A stretch of DNA of 64,000 nt from Candidatus Undinarchaeota archaeon (GCA_964636545.1 CAZWSR010000001.1:80007-144006); one strand, 5' to 3'; positions 27,701 through 36,989 are shown, numbered from the stretch's first letter. The notes: generated by a model from the letters alone, not told the origin. Made by a program: numbers and translations.

Positions 27701-27823
27701 TGTTTTGATTCCTTCTTCTTTCAGAGCTTTGAGAGCCTGTGAACCAGAGTAGTCAAATTCTGCAGCTTGACCGATTATGATTGGTCCAGAACCTATTAGG
27801 AGAACTTTTTTAATTTGTTTCAT
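24767..27823 (-). CDS. carB: carbamoyl-phosphate synthase large subunit
   Basis: 1018 aa with two ATP-grasp halves (LIGSGPIIIGQAAEFDYSGSQA / LILGAGPIRIGQGIEFDYC) and an MGS-like C-terminus. Confidence 0.95.
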   Translation of the reverse strand: MKQIKKVLLIGSGPIIIGQAAEFDYSGSQALKALKEEGIKTVLINSNPATIQTDSDMADSVYIEPLTLEFVEKVIEKEKPDGILSSLGGQTALNLVSELGEKGILKKHNVAVLGTPISAIKLCEDRNEFKKLLIEIGEPVLPSKAVNTVEDAKVYASEIGYPVVIRPAYTLGGSGGGIAHTITDLEKIAKKGITLSRISQVLIEKCVSGWKEVEYEVMRDSDDNCITICNMENFDPMGIHTGESIVVAPSQTLSDDEYQMLRSASIKIIRALGVEGGCNIQYGLNPKSNEYCIIEVNPRVSRSSALASKATGYPIALITTKIAIGKTLTDIPNPITQDTSASFEPALDYIIVKIPRWPFEKFRLAKCELGTEMRSTGEVMAIGRTFEESLLKAICSLDIKRKGFETTGITDPRLLKRLLRTPTHKRLFYIADALRIGFTLEEIHELTNIDLWFLEKIKNIIDSPKEKKNVCFKMVDTCAAEFESKTPYYYSTSGTETETRHTDNKKVLILGAGPIRIGQGIEFDYCTVHAVWALREEGIETIILNNNPETVSTDYDTADKLYFEPVDFEHVMNVVREEKPFGVITQFGGQTAVNLSLPLKKAGVNIIGTSPEDMDLSEDRDKFTQILTKLNIPQAENGIARSLEDAQKIVERLGYPVLVRPSYVLGGRAMEIIHEDSQLESYVREAVSVSENQPILIDKFLQNAIEVDVDCVCDSKDVLIGGIMEHIEEAGIHSGDSSCVVPPQTLGTDIVNKIKDYTRKLALEMNVIGLMNMQYAVKGDTVYVLEANPRSSRTVPFISKATNLPIAKIAAKVLAGKTLKELGYTEKTPKHVSVKSIVFPFNKIPGSDSRLGPEMKSTGESMGIADNFAEAFYKAQLGAGTKLPDSGRVFFAVRDQDKEHIYAVAKGFKDLGFKIAAVGHTSKILHVDGIKNQKLLKPSQGSPNVVDVINNDSIQLVINTPTRGEVASRGGYKIRHACIFKKVPCITTLAGAKIVLEAIKRNREKSFGIKSLKEYYAD

Positions 27824-28928
27824 GTTTCTCCATTATTTTTACAAGCCTGTCAAATTCATCGAGCTTGTCGTATGGCCCAGGTCTTGCTTCTGGGTGGTAT
27901 TGTGTTGAAAAAATTGGAAGGGATTCGTGCTCTATTGCTTCTACAGTTTGATCATTGCAGTCAGTTTCAGTTACAGTAAGGCCTGTTCCTTTTAGAGAGT
28001 CTGCATCAACACAGAAACTGTGGTTTTGGGAAGTTACAAAAACTTTTCCAGTTTTGAGATTTTTTACAGCGTGATTTCCGCCGCGATGACCGAATTTGAG
28101 TTTGAAATTCATTCCACCACACGCAGCCGCAATTATCCCATTGCCAAGACAGATTCCATTGAGTGGAACTTTTCCAACAAGCTCCTTAACAGTTTTGATT
28201 GTGTAGGTTATCATTTCAGGGTTTCCAGGACCATTAGAAATGTGAACGCACGTTGGTTTGAGTGATAGAATTTTCTCTGCGCTTGTTTCAGGATGAACTC
28301 GTGTGACTTCAATATTTCTCTTAACCATTTCCCTGACAATGCTGAGTTTGACACCGCAGTCAATCATTACAAGTTTGTGCTTGTTGCCCTGGCCGTGGAT
28401 TATTTCTTTTTTGTCTTTGTACTCTACTTCTGCATAATCCTTCACAAGGTCCGTGTTTGCATAGTCAAATGATTTTATTTCTTCAATAATTTTTGTAATG
28501 TCTGCTGTTGGATCCTGTATTATTTTGCCAACCATTGTGCCTTTGTTTCGGATTTGGATTGTAAGAGCTCTGGTGTCAATACCATGAATTCCAGGAACAT
28601 CATGTTCTTTTAAAAATTCATCTAATGATTTGACTGACTTGTAGTGAGAGGGAGTGTGACATAAATTATTAACAATCATTCCGCTAGCCCATACTTTGCT
28701 CCCTTCAAAACTTTCTTCATTAATGCCATAGTTGCCAATAAGTGGATAAGTTTGTGTTAGAATTTGTCTGTGGTATGATGGATCTGTTAGAGATTCCTGA
28801 TAACCAGTCATGGCTGTGTTAAAAACAACTTCTGCAACAATATCCTTGTGAGCACCAAAAGGGTGACCCTCGTAGACTGTCCCGTCTTCCAGCACTAACC
28901 GTATCGTATCTCCCATTAATCTCTCCAA
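27810..28928 (-). CDS. carA: carbamoyl-phosphate synthase small subunit (glutamine amidotransferase)
   Basis: VVFNTAMTGYQESLTDPSY...TYPLIGNYGIN N-terminal domain and a GATase C-terminal domain. Overlaps the carB start. Confidence 0.9.
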   Translation of the reverse strand: MERLMGDTIRLVLEDGTVYEGHPFGAHKDIVAEVVFNTAMTGYQESLTDPSYHRQILTQTYPLIGNYGINEESFEGSKVWASGMIVNNLCHTPSHYKSVKSLDEFLKEHDVPGIHGIDTRALTIQIRNKGTMVGKIIQDPTADITKIIEEIKSFDYANTDLVKDYAEVEYKDKKEIIHGQGNKHKLVMIDCGVKLSIVREMVKRNIEVTRVHPETSAEKILSLKPTCVHISNGPGNPEMITYTIKTVKELVGKVPLNGICLGNGIIAAACGGMNFKLKFGHRGGNHAVKNLKTGKVFVTSQNHSFCVDADSLKGTGLTVTETDCNDQTVEAIEHESLPIFSTQYHPEARPGPYDKLDEFDRLVKIMEKHETN

Positions 28929-28993
28929 TAATTAGGTATAACCTTAAGGCGTTCTCCCTTTAAAATGTTTTGGTTATTTTGAGACAACTGTCT

Positions 28994-29926
28994 TTATAAT
29001 TTGTCAAGTAAGAATAGCATAATTGCTTTTTGAATATGCAAGCGGTTTTCTGCTTGATCAAATACAATGCTTTTTGAACCGTCAATTACATCAGCTGCTT
29101 GCTCATAACCGCGCTTTGCAGGTAAGCAGTTCATGAAAATCACATCATCTTTTGCTAAGTTTACTAATTCAGTTGTGACTTGGTATGGTTTGAAAGTTTC
29201 AACTCGTTTCTGCTCTTCCTTTTCTGGAATTCCGTAGCTCATCCAAGAGTCAGTGTAAATCACATCAGCATCTTTTGCAGCTGCTTGTGCATCATGAGAA
29301 ACATAAATATTTGCCTTGCTTGTTTCTGAAATCTTTGCAATTTCATCAAGAACAGCTTGTTCTGGTTCGTATTCTGAACCTTCTGGTCCACATACTGCCA
29401 TTTCCCAGCCAAGTAGTGCAGACAAACGCATTAAATCATAAGTTACATTATTGTGACAGTCGCCAAAGTAAGTCATTTTACGAGGGTTAAGGTCGCCTTT
29501 TTTCTCCTTTATTGTCTGAAAGTCGCACAGAATCTGGCAAGGGTGTGCAAAATCGTCAAGTGCATTGATTACAGGGATTGTTGAGTGTTCTGATAACTTG
29601 ACCAGGTCTTCTTTCTTGAAAACGCGGGCCATCATAATATCAGCATATCGTGAAATACAGCCTGCAGTATCCTCAATGTTTTCCTTTTTGCCAAGTGGTG
29701 AATCCTTAATTGAGTAAAAAATACCGTGACCACCGAGCTGAGTCATGCCAACTTCAAAAGAAACGCGAGTCCTGAGTGACGGTTTTTCAAAAAGCATTAA
29801 CAAGGTTTTGTCTTTCAAATCGCTTGCGTGTGCATCAATATTTGCCTTGATTTCAATAGATTTATCTATGATGTTCAGGCATTCTTCTTTAGTAAAATCA
29901 GTAATTTTTAGTAAATGTCTAACCAT
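28994..29926 (-). CDS. argF: ornithine carbamoyltransferase-family enzyme
   Basis: SLRTR, HPCQ, DSWMSYG and NCLPAKRGYE match OTC motifs STRTR/HPxQ/DxWxSMG/HCLP, with S-L-RTR and N-CLP substitutions. Confidence 0.8.
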   Translation of the reverse strand: MVRHLLKITDFTKEECLNIIDKSIEIKANIDAHASDLKDKTLLMLFEKPSLRTRVSFEVGMTQLGGHGIFYSIKDSPLGKKENIEDTAGCISRYADIMMARVFKKEDLVKLSEHSTIPVINALDDFAHPCQILCDFQTIKEKKGDLNPRKMTYFGDCHNNVTYDLMRLSALLGWEMAVCGPEGSEYEPEQAVLDEIAKISETSKANIYVSHDAQAAAKDADVIYTDSWMSYGIPEKEEQKRVETFKPYQVTTELVNLAKDDVIFMNCLPAKRGYEQAADVIDGSKSIVFDQAENRLHIQKAIMLFLLDKL

Positions 29927-30044
29927 TTTTCCACCCTTGACAGATAATACAAGTTGTAGATTAAATAATATTCGGTTGGTTTAAAACAATTACCTAGATT
30001 AGTATACTCTTCACTCTTAGAGTAAACTTTTCCCACTAGCTTCC

Positions 30045-30272
30045 TTACATTAACTGTTCTATTTTGCGGATTAAAGGCACTGTGAACAGCAGTAAGCCAA
30101 GCCATATTATAAAGACACCAAGGATGAAATTCGCAACCCAGCTTTCTGCAGCGTTTCCGATAACCATGACACCGAATGCCATGACGAGAGCGCCGACAAA
30201 ACTGAGGATTATCTCCTCAACTGCGAACATTATTCTTTTTTCCTGTTTGGATGTCTTTCTCTTTTTTGCCAT
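30045..30272 (-). CDS. small membrane protein, unknown
   Basis: 75 aa, basic N-terminus then two TM helices. Confidence 0.4.
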   Translation of the reverse strand: MAKKRKTSKQEKRIMFAVEEIILSFVGALVMAFGVMVIGNAAESWVANFILGVFIIWLGLLLFTVPLIRKIEQLM

Positions 30273-30359
30273 GATTCAGGGTATGTTAAGTTGTTTTATA
30301 AAGGTTATTATATGACACTAAAAACAAGATATATATACAGGAGTATACACTTTTTAAAC

Positions 30360-31136
30360 ATGAAAAGGATGGCATTTACTGCTTTCGCAGTTTTCTTTCT
30401 GGTTTTAGCTAGCGCAGTTAGTGCAGGGCCAACTGACTCGTGTTCTGTAGATAAGCTCAAAGTTGAAAACATTGCAACAGAACTTACTACAAAAACAAAG
30501 CTTACTTATTATGTTGAATGTAGCCCAACAGCAGATGCTGGGCAGATAAACCGACTTGTTGTGACAGTTCCTTATCGTGATGTTTACAATGTTGAAGCAG
30601 AAGATGCTCTTGGAGGAATGAAAGTTTTTGAAGGACCAGGATATGCTGGTTTTACAAGCACTGACACTGACTCAACAATTGGAAGTTTTTTCAGAAAAGC
30701 AATTGTGCTGGAAAGCAATAACACAACTGGTTACATGATGACTCTTGGTTTCCAGAGCGACTTGATGGTTTATGAAGCAGAAAAGATTTTCAGGATTACT
30801 CCATCTGGTTTGGGTGCAAACCCAAAAGTAACTGCAGTTGGAACAGGAATTACTGAAGCTCAGATTTCAATTAACAGTGTTGATTATTCACTCTCACTTC
30901 CTCTTGGAAGCGCAGTAACTTCATCCCCAAGTGGATGTTCAGTTACAGATGGTTTTGTAAATTGTACTGGAATTAGTGCAAGTGTATTAGATAGTATGGA
31001 AATAAAATGGACAGGTAGCGGACCAGGAGTACTCTTCACACAAGTGCGAGAGTTCACTTATGACCTTCCAGACTTCTTCACAAGCTTTTTTAATGGGCTA
31101 AAGAGTACTATAGATAGGTTATTGAACAGAGATTAA
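30360..31136 (+). CDS. secreted protein, unknown
   Basis: Signal-peptide-like MKRMAFTAFAVFFLVLASAVSAG, then a Ser/Thr/Gly-rich domain with 4 Cys. Confidence 0.55.
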   Translation: MKRMAFTAFAVFFLVLASAVSAGPTDSCSVDKLKVENIATELTTKTKLTYYVECSPTADAGQINRLVVTVPYRDVYNVEAEDALGGMKVFEGPGYAGFTSTDTDSTIGSFFRKAIVLESNNTTGYMMTLGFQSDLMVYEAEKIFRITPSGLGANPKVTAVGTGITEAQISINSVDYSLSLPLGSAVTSSPSGCSVTDGFVNCTGISASVLDSMEIKWTGSGPGVLFTQVREFTYDLPDFFTSFFNGLKSTIDRLLNRD

Positions 31137-31137
31137 A

Positions 31138-31422
31138 ATGGGGATAGGAATTTACTTCTTTGCAGGAGTGGCGATAGTAGTTGCTGTTTTAGCTTATTTA
31201 ATATATTTTCAAAAGGACCCATTTAAGGTTATTACAAAGCATCCAAGCTTATCAGGAAGGATTGAGCCGATAAAACCAAGTGGGAAAGAATCAGCACCAG
31301 TAACTGGTGTTTGTGGAATGTGTGGCGACCAGGTGACAATGCCGTTTAAGTGTAAATTCTGTAAAGGGCTTTATTGTGAGAATCATCGGTTGCCTGAAGA
31401 TCATGATTGTGACGGGGTTTAG
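31138..31422 (+). CDS. membrane protein with AN1-type zinc finger
   Basis: N-terminal TM helix, then CGMCGDQVTMPFKCKFCKGLYCENHRLPEDHDC (AN1 pattern). Confidence 0.65.
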   Translation: MGIGIYFFAGVAIVVAVLAYLIYFQKDPFKVITKHPSLSGRIEPIKPSGKESAPVTGVCGMCGDQVTMPFKCKFCKGLYCENHRLPEDHDCDGV

Positions 31423-31577
31423 CTTGGATAACGAATTTAGTTACTTTGGTATCGGCTGTCAGCCCTCAGCAGTCAGGGCCTGATGGCTGAATGCTGACAC
31501 CTTAACCAATAGGGCAAACCTTTATATACCAAATACACTACTCCAAAGTAGTGACAAACGTCACTGGTGGTTAAAAA

Positions 31578-32423
31578 ATGGTTATGTGGATGCTCATAGC
31601 AATACCAATAATTCTCGTGTTCGGAGGACTAGGACTTATTGTAAAGTCTCCAAAGAATCTTATTCTTGGAAAAGTTTTGTTTGAATTTAAGGAATATGAA
31701 CGAGGAGTTATCTACAGATTCGGTAAATACCATCGTGTTGCAGAACCTGGATGGAAATTTATTATACCAGTTATTGAGAGTTTTATCAAGTACGATCTTC
31801 GTACTGAAACAATTGACATTCCACCACAATCAGTTATCACACGCGACGCAGTTAAATTAAATATTGACGCTATTATTTATCTTAGAGTTGACGATCCAGT
31901 AAAAGCAGAACTTTATGTTGAAGAAGATTACAGAAAGGCAATTGAAGAGCACGTAAAAGGTCGTATTCGTAACCTTGTCGGAAGCATGGAACTTGATGAA
32001 CTTTATGGAAAAATTGACACAGTTAACAAACAGCTCAGAGAAGATGTTCAGAAACTCGCAATTGAGTGGGGCGTAATGATTGTTAACGTGGAACTTATCT
32101 CAGTTGCACCGCCACAGCAAATGGTTGATGCAATGCAAGCAGAAGAAATTGCAGAGAGATACAAACGTGCAGAAATGCAGACAGCAGAAACAACCAAGAT
32201 TAGAATTGGCGCAATTGAAGAAGCTGCTGGAAAATTGTCAACTCCTGCTTTGAATTATCTTTACATAAAAGCATTGAAAGATATGGCAGACGGCAGAGCA
32301 ACAAAGATTGTGTTCCCAATGGAGCTTACAAAAGCAGTTGAGAAACTTGCTGGTGGGCTTGGTGGAAAAGACAAATCAGATCTTGCAAGCACTGCAGAAA
32401 AGCTATTGGAGAGAATCAAATAA
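31578..32423 (+). CDS. SPFH/band-7 (stomatin/prohibitin-like) protein
   Basis: TM anchor plus SPFH core (YRFGKYHRVAEPGWKFIIPVIESF...IDAIIYLRVDDP) and a coiled-coil C-terminus. Confidence 0.85.
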   Translation: MVMWMLIAIPIILVFGGLGLIVKSPKNLILGKVLFEFKEYERGVIYRFGKYHRVAEPGWKFIIPVIESFIKYDLRTETIDIPPQSVITRDAVKLNIDAIIYLRVDDPVKAELYVEEDYRKAIEEHVKGRIRNLVGSMELDELYGKIDTVNKQLREDVQKLAIEWGVMIVNVELISVAPPQQMVDAMQAEEIAERYKRAEMQTAETTKIRIGAIEEAAGKLSTPALNYLYIKALKDMADGRATKIVFPMELTKAVEKLAGGLGGKDKSDLASTAEKLLERIK

Positions 32424-32429
32424 AGTTTT

Positions 32430-32497
32430 TTAGAGTTTAGATTTTGGAATTTAGAATTTAGAGTACTCCAAATTCTAAACTCTTAATTCCAAATTCC
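32430..32497. repeat. family-E AT-rich palindromic element of GAATTTAGA octamers
   Basis: Left arm of tandem (g)a(g/a)tttaga units, right arm of tctaaatt complements. Second copy at 48650-48717. Confidence 0.55.
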
Positions 32498-32555
32498 ATT
32501 CAGAAAATATTAACAAAACCCAACACTATTTATAAAAAAACAAACTAGCCCCACT

Positions 32556-32924
32556 GTGAAACAAATTATTGCTGAAACTAAGGAAGATATTTGGAGAATC
32601 CCTGCAGACACTAATGAGCTTATTGTGGAGTTTCAGTTGTCATTGCAAGGTGCGCATGAGATTTTCAAGAGATGTGGTGAGCTTGAGAGAATTATTTTTA
32701 ATGGGAAAGTTTATGGATTGATGAGTCAAGATGTGAAGGATTATGTTGGAGAAAATTTTCATGTTGAAGTTAGAGGAGAGATTGGGAAAAGGCGGATGGA
32801 CCCTGTAATTGAGAAAGAGATTAGAAATAAGTACGAAGGCGGAATGGTTAGTATTGAGCACATTGCAGAAGAATATGGAATTGATTATGATGTTGTGAAG
32901 AAGGTTATTGAGGGAAGATATTAA
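32556..32924 (+). CDS. hypothetical protein
   Basis: 122 aa with a possible C-terminal HTH (MVSIEHIAEEYGIDYDVVKKVI). Confidence 0.45.
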   Translation: MKQIIAETKEDIWRIPADTNELIVEFQLSLQGAHEIFKRCGELERIIFNGKVYGLMSQDVKDYVGENFHVEVRGEIGKRRMDPVIEKEIRNKYEGGMVSIEHIAEEYGIDYDVVKKVIEGRY

Positions 32925-33640
32925 TATTCCTTAAGAAGTTTTTTCAATTTAGAGCTTTTCTTTAGCAACCTGAGTTTTCGTTTAGTATATTTTCCTCTTC
33001 TTGCAACTATTTTTACAAAATATTGTTTTCCAGCATCTAAAGTAAATGGAGATACTGGATAGAGAAAAGGATCTTCTCCCGTTTCTATTAGAACTTCGAT
33101 TTGTCTCGCATTTAGAACACGACCTTTCACAAGAGCTTCTTGTTGTCCCAAATCAACAATATCAACCACAACCTCAAATCCCTTGTCCTCTAAAATTTTT
33201 TTGATTATTTTGACATTTTTTGGATCATCAATTTTTCTCCATCGACCATGATGGAAAGTTCCACTAGTTGCTTCATCAGGCCATAATCTTATGTAAACAC
33301 TTGAGTCATCCTCTAATTCATCAAGAGCTTCTGAAAAATATTTTTGAAAATAAAGATCATCACTTAAATCATCTTTCTTAGCTATGTGCTCCAGAGCGAA
33401 ATTGAAGAAGAGAATATCTGGCTTGCCTTTTGGAACTTTGAAAGTTTCAATTGTTTTGTTAAAAATAACTATTTGGTTTTGGAGATTCGCCTTTTTCAAG
33501 TTATTTTTGGCAAGCAGCCTATTCTCTAGATTAGGGTCAATGGCATAAATTTTAGCTTTGGGACACCACTTTGCAATTGCTAATACCATTTCACCAGCAC
33601 CACAACCATAATCAACAATTACTTGCTTTCCGTTATGCAT
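32921..33640 (-). CDS. class I SAM-dependent methyltransferase
   Basis: Motif I VIVDYGCGAGEM and motif post-I IYAIDPN. Confidence 0.75.
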   Translation of the reverse strand: MHNGKQVIVDYGCGAGEMVLAIAKWCPKAKIYAIDPNLENRLLAKNNLKKANLQNQIVIFNKTIETFKVPKGKPDILFFNFALEHIAKKDDLSDDLYFQKYFSEALDELEDDSSVYIRLWPDEATSGTFHHGRWRKIDDPKNVKIIKKILEDKGFEVVVDIVDLGQQEALVKGRVLNARQIEVLIETGEDPFLYPVSPFTLDAGKQYFVKIVARRGKYTKRKLRLLKKSSKLKKLLKEY

Positions 33641-33766
33641 ATTGATTATTAGATAAAACAGATATTTATAATGTGTGTTCGTTTCGTGACACTAACCTTA
33701 AATACGATTACAAACTTTTAGATTGCACTATGAATAACAACTCTACGCGGAGGCATCTTTTCCTAC

Positions 33767-34003
33767 ATGAAGAAGGTGGTAGCCTGTGGCCTCGGTATCA
33801 AAGTAGAAGTGGTAGCGGAACCAGTCGGAAGCCTTTGCAGTAGAGAGGAATCTAGTTCTAATAAAATTGGAAGACCATCAAAACTAGATCAAAGAGATCG
33901 TGATGAAATTCTTAGAATAAAACCATTTTACTCAATTCGACAATTAGCCCGAATTTTCGAGGTTTCTCGGAGCAGTATAATGAGGGTGTTGAAAAATGGG
34001 TGA
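33767..34003 (+). mobile_element. orphan resolvase/IS630-type HTH domain ORF (GRP..KL + HTH), likely mobile-element remnant
   Basis: GRPSKLDQRDRDEILRIKPFYSIRQLARIFEVSRSSIMRVLKNG matches a serine-recombinase HTH_7 or IS630 second HTH. No catalytic domain is present. It opens an AT-rich stretch. Confidence 0.45.
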
Positions 34004-34221
34004 AGATTGGTCGTGCTGGGAAATTGACGGGAACAAATTCGCTTTCAGAGTTGGAATAGGATTCTTAGTTTTCCTTTTTGTATTATGCTATGCAGTTTAC
34101 TGGGTAGGTCGAGATATTGTAAATGCTATACTTTGAAGTAGTTAGTGAGATTTCTTGAAACAAAAGTTTAAAACGAAGTTGAATACTATTGAGAGTTATA
34201 ATGGTATATAGGAAATGAAAA

Positions 34222-34851
34222 ATGAGTAAGGATGAAACATGGGAAAAGATAAATATTCCAAAAAAAACACTTTGGAGAATATATTTGAAAGAGGTAAAAC
34301 CGTACAACAAGCAGGTAATTGCTAGTAGATATGTAAAAAAAGATCTTTTTAAGATAGTGGAGGAATTGAGAACAGAGCAGGTACTTATAGAAAATCTTGA
34401 AAAAGTTATTAAAAAAAAGATTACAGAAGGATCTCTTGTTGTTGATGCATTGGAGACGAAAATAATTACTAAAGGAATTATCACAGTTATGTATTGCCTA
34501 CTTATCCAAGAAAATCGCGCGCAAAAACAGACACCAGTTGTTGCAATAGATGACGCAGAATATAAGGGAACTGAGGTGATTACTATAATTAAATTTAAAA
34601 TTAACACAAGAAGACGATATATAGGTAAAATAAAAAATATGGAGACAAAGAAAAACCAGTTTGAAAATCTGAAAAAGAAGCACAACATCAACCAAATAAT
34701 ATGTAAAAGAATTGAGAGTAAATGGTGGAGGGAGAAAAAGTTTCAAATAATGGAAAGTATGTTAAAAGATATAAATTTTTCAGATGTGAAACATATTTTC
34801 TGTTGTAATCTGAATCTACAGAGGGATGATCTGCTGGTGGAATTTTTATAA
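34222..34851 (+). CDS. Lys-rich hypothetical protein in AT-rich island
   Basis: 209-aa ORF. The competing minus-strand ORF is a low-complexity artefact. Confidence 0.35.
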   Translation: MSKDETWEKINIPKKTLWRIYLKEVKPYNKQVIASRYVKKDLFKIVEELRTEQVLIENLEKVIKKKITEGSLVVDALETKIITKGIITVMYCLLIQENRAQKQTPVVAIDDAEYKGTEVITIIKFKINTRRRYIGKIKNMETKKNQFENLKKKHNINQIICKRIESKWWREKKFQIMESMLKDINFSDVKHIFCCNLNLQRDDLLVEFL

Positions 34852-35069
34852 AAATATATAGAAAAAAACAAAATTTATATTGGATATACTCATGGGAAAA
34901 ATAGGGAAAAAGGAAAAACTGAATTAGAACGACAAGTAAACAAGTGGGTAGATGTGGCAGGAAATATAGGAAGAGCAATCTTAATAGAAAAACCAGAATT
35001 AATTTTGGAATGATCTCACCCCGGGCTTCACGATAATTATATAAGTTCAGATTCTAAGAGGTGTTTGTT

Positions 35070-36989
35070 ATGAAAGAGCTGATTCAGCATGTTGACTATG
35101 TGCAATGGCAAGCAAAGAAAAAGACCAAACTAGCTGGGGAACTGAAGGATGATCAGAAAAAAGGTCGGATGGAAGAGTGTTTGTTTGCTCGTTTTGCAAC
35201 TGAAGTTGAGGATGAAGGTCATGAAAAGGAAGTTGCAAAGAAAGCAGTTGCTGATTTAATTAAGATTTCTGACCAGCTTAAGACAAAAAATGTTGTATTT
35301 TATCCATATGTTCACTTGCTTTATGGTTCAAAGCCGTCAAAACCAAGAACTGCACTTGAAATTCAGAATTTAGTGAAAGAAGGACTTGAGAAAAAGGGTT
35401 TGAAAGTTAAGCTAAGTCCGTTTGGATGGTATAAAGAATTTGAAATGAAGTGTAAAGGCCATCCATTAAGTGAGTGGTCTAGGATTATTCGCGCTGGAGA
35501 AGGTGAGGGCGGAGAAGGAGAGCAGGAAGTTTCAGATGCAGTTAAAAAAGAAGAGACTTTGAAATCAAAATTCTATATTCTTGAACCAACTGGAAAGAAG
35601 CACGAGATTAAAATTGATAATGGAAAGATTAAGGGATATGATTTTGGAAAATATCCAAAACTTGAGAAACTGTGTTTGTATGAATTAGCAAAGAACAGAA
35701 CTGTTGACAAAGCACCACCACATATTGAATTAATGAAGAAACTGGAAATTGCTGATTATGAACCAGGCAGTGATCCAGGAAACTTGAGATTTTATCCAAA
35801 TGGACGATTGATTAAGGGCTTGCTTGAAGATTATACCACCAGAGAAGTTATTGATTATGGTGGTATGGAAGTTGAAGCACCAATAATGTATGATTATGAG
35901 CATCCGGTTTTGAAAAAATACTTGAATCGTTTCCCAGCAAGGCAATATATTGTCAAAACCCCGAATAAAGAATGTTTCTTGAGGTTTTCAGCTTGCTTTG
36001 GACAATTTTTAATGGCACATGATGCAACTATTTCGTATAAGAACATGCCAATGCGAATTTACGAGATGACTAAGTACAGTTTCAGGACTGAAAAGCGCGG
36101 GGAATTGGCAGGTTTAAGGCGATTACGAGCATTTACCATGCCAGATGTTCATGCACTGTGCACTGATGTTAAGAGTGCGAGTGAGGAGCTTTTAGTTAGG
36201 TTTAATCTTGCTGAAAGGGTACTGAAAGGCTATGGTTTTGATAAGAAAACTGATTTGGAATTTGCAATGCGTTGGGTTAAGGACTTTGAAGATGAACATC
36301 CTGAAGTAATTAAAGATCTTGCAAAGAAATGGGGAAGGCCAATGCTTGTTGAAGTTTGGGACAAACGCTTTTTCTATTTTGTTTTGAAATATGAAATTAA
36401 TTTTGTTGATGCTTTAGATAAGGCAGCAACTTTGACAACTGATCAGATTGATGTCGAGAATGGAGAAACTTATGATTTGAATTATATTGGCGAAGATGGA
36501 AAAGAGCACAGGCCAGTTATTTTGCACATGTCACCAGGTGGAGCTATTGAGCGAGCGATTTATGCTTTACTTGAAAAAGCGTACATGGATCAGCAGAAAG
36601 GAAAGAAAGTTATTTTGCCACTTTGGTTGTCTCCAACACAGGTTCGTATTTGCGCTGTTTCAGATTCTCATGTTAAGGCATGTTTGAAAATTGCTGATGA
36701 ACTGGATAAAGCAACTATTCGTGTTGATGTTGATGACAGAGGAGAAAGTGTTGGCAAGAAGATTTCTGGAAGTGAGAAAGAGTGGGTGCCTTATACTTTA
36801 GTTATTGGAGACAAGGAACTGAAAGCAAAGAAGATTCCTGTTAGAGTTCGGGAAGAAGGAAAAGTTGTTGACATGAGTTTGGATGAGCTTGTTAAAGTGA
36901 TTCAGAAAGAAACTGAGGGAATGCCATTTAAGAAATTGAGTTTGCCAAGAGAATTGTCAAAAAGACCTAAGTTTACTGGTGGGAATTAA
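35070..36989 (+). CDS. thrS: threonyl-tRNA synthetase (archaeal type)
   Basis: Archaeal editing domain N-terminus, class II core and anticodon-binding C-terminus. ATG at 35070 with a GAGGTG SD. Confidence 0.9.
   Translation: MKELIQHVDYVQWQAKKKTKLAGELKDDQKKGRMEECLFARFATEVEDEGHEKEVAKKAVADLIKISDQLKTKNVVFYPYVHLLYGSKPSKPRTALEIQNLVKEGLEKKGLKVKLSPFGWYKEFEMKCKGHPLSEWSRIIRAGEGEGGEGEQEVSDAVKKEETLKSKFYILEPTGKKHEIKIDNGKIKGYDFGKYPKLEKLCLYELAKNRTVDKAPPHIELMKKLEIADYEPGSDPGNLRFYPNGRLIKGLLEDYTTREVIDYGGMEVEAPIMYDYEHPVLKKYLNRFPARQYIVKTPNKECFLRFSACFGQFLMAHDATISYKNMPMRIYEMTKYSFRTEKRGELAGLRRLRAFTMPDVHALCTDVKSASEELLVRFNLAERVLKGYGFDKKTDLEFAMRWVKDFEDEHPEVIKDLAKKWGRPMLVEVWDKRFFYFVLKYEINFVDALDKAATLTTDQIDVENGETYDLNYIGEDGKEHRPVILHMSPGGAIERAIYALLEKAYMDQQKGKKVILPLWLSPTQVRICAVSDSHVKACLKIADELDKATIRVDVDDRGESVGKKISGSEKEWVPYTLVIGDKELKAKKIPVRVREEGKVVDMSLDELVKVIQKETEGMPFKKLSLPRELSKRPKFTGGN

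Noticed and set aside
11559-31577. Search for a DGR template repeat next to the other family-B copies (B2-B4)
   Set aside because: Sequences flanking B2, B3 (a tRNA gene) and B4 show no similarity to the putative variable region at 8810-8940. No reverse transcriptase ORF (YxDD) is in the window, so the DGR idea stays unconfirmed.
34083-34691. 202-aa minus-strand hydrophobic ORF in the AT-rich island
   Set aside because: A poly-Phe/Ile/Leu low-complexity translation of AT-rich DNA, fully overlapping the more plausible plus-strand ORF.
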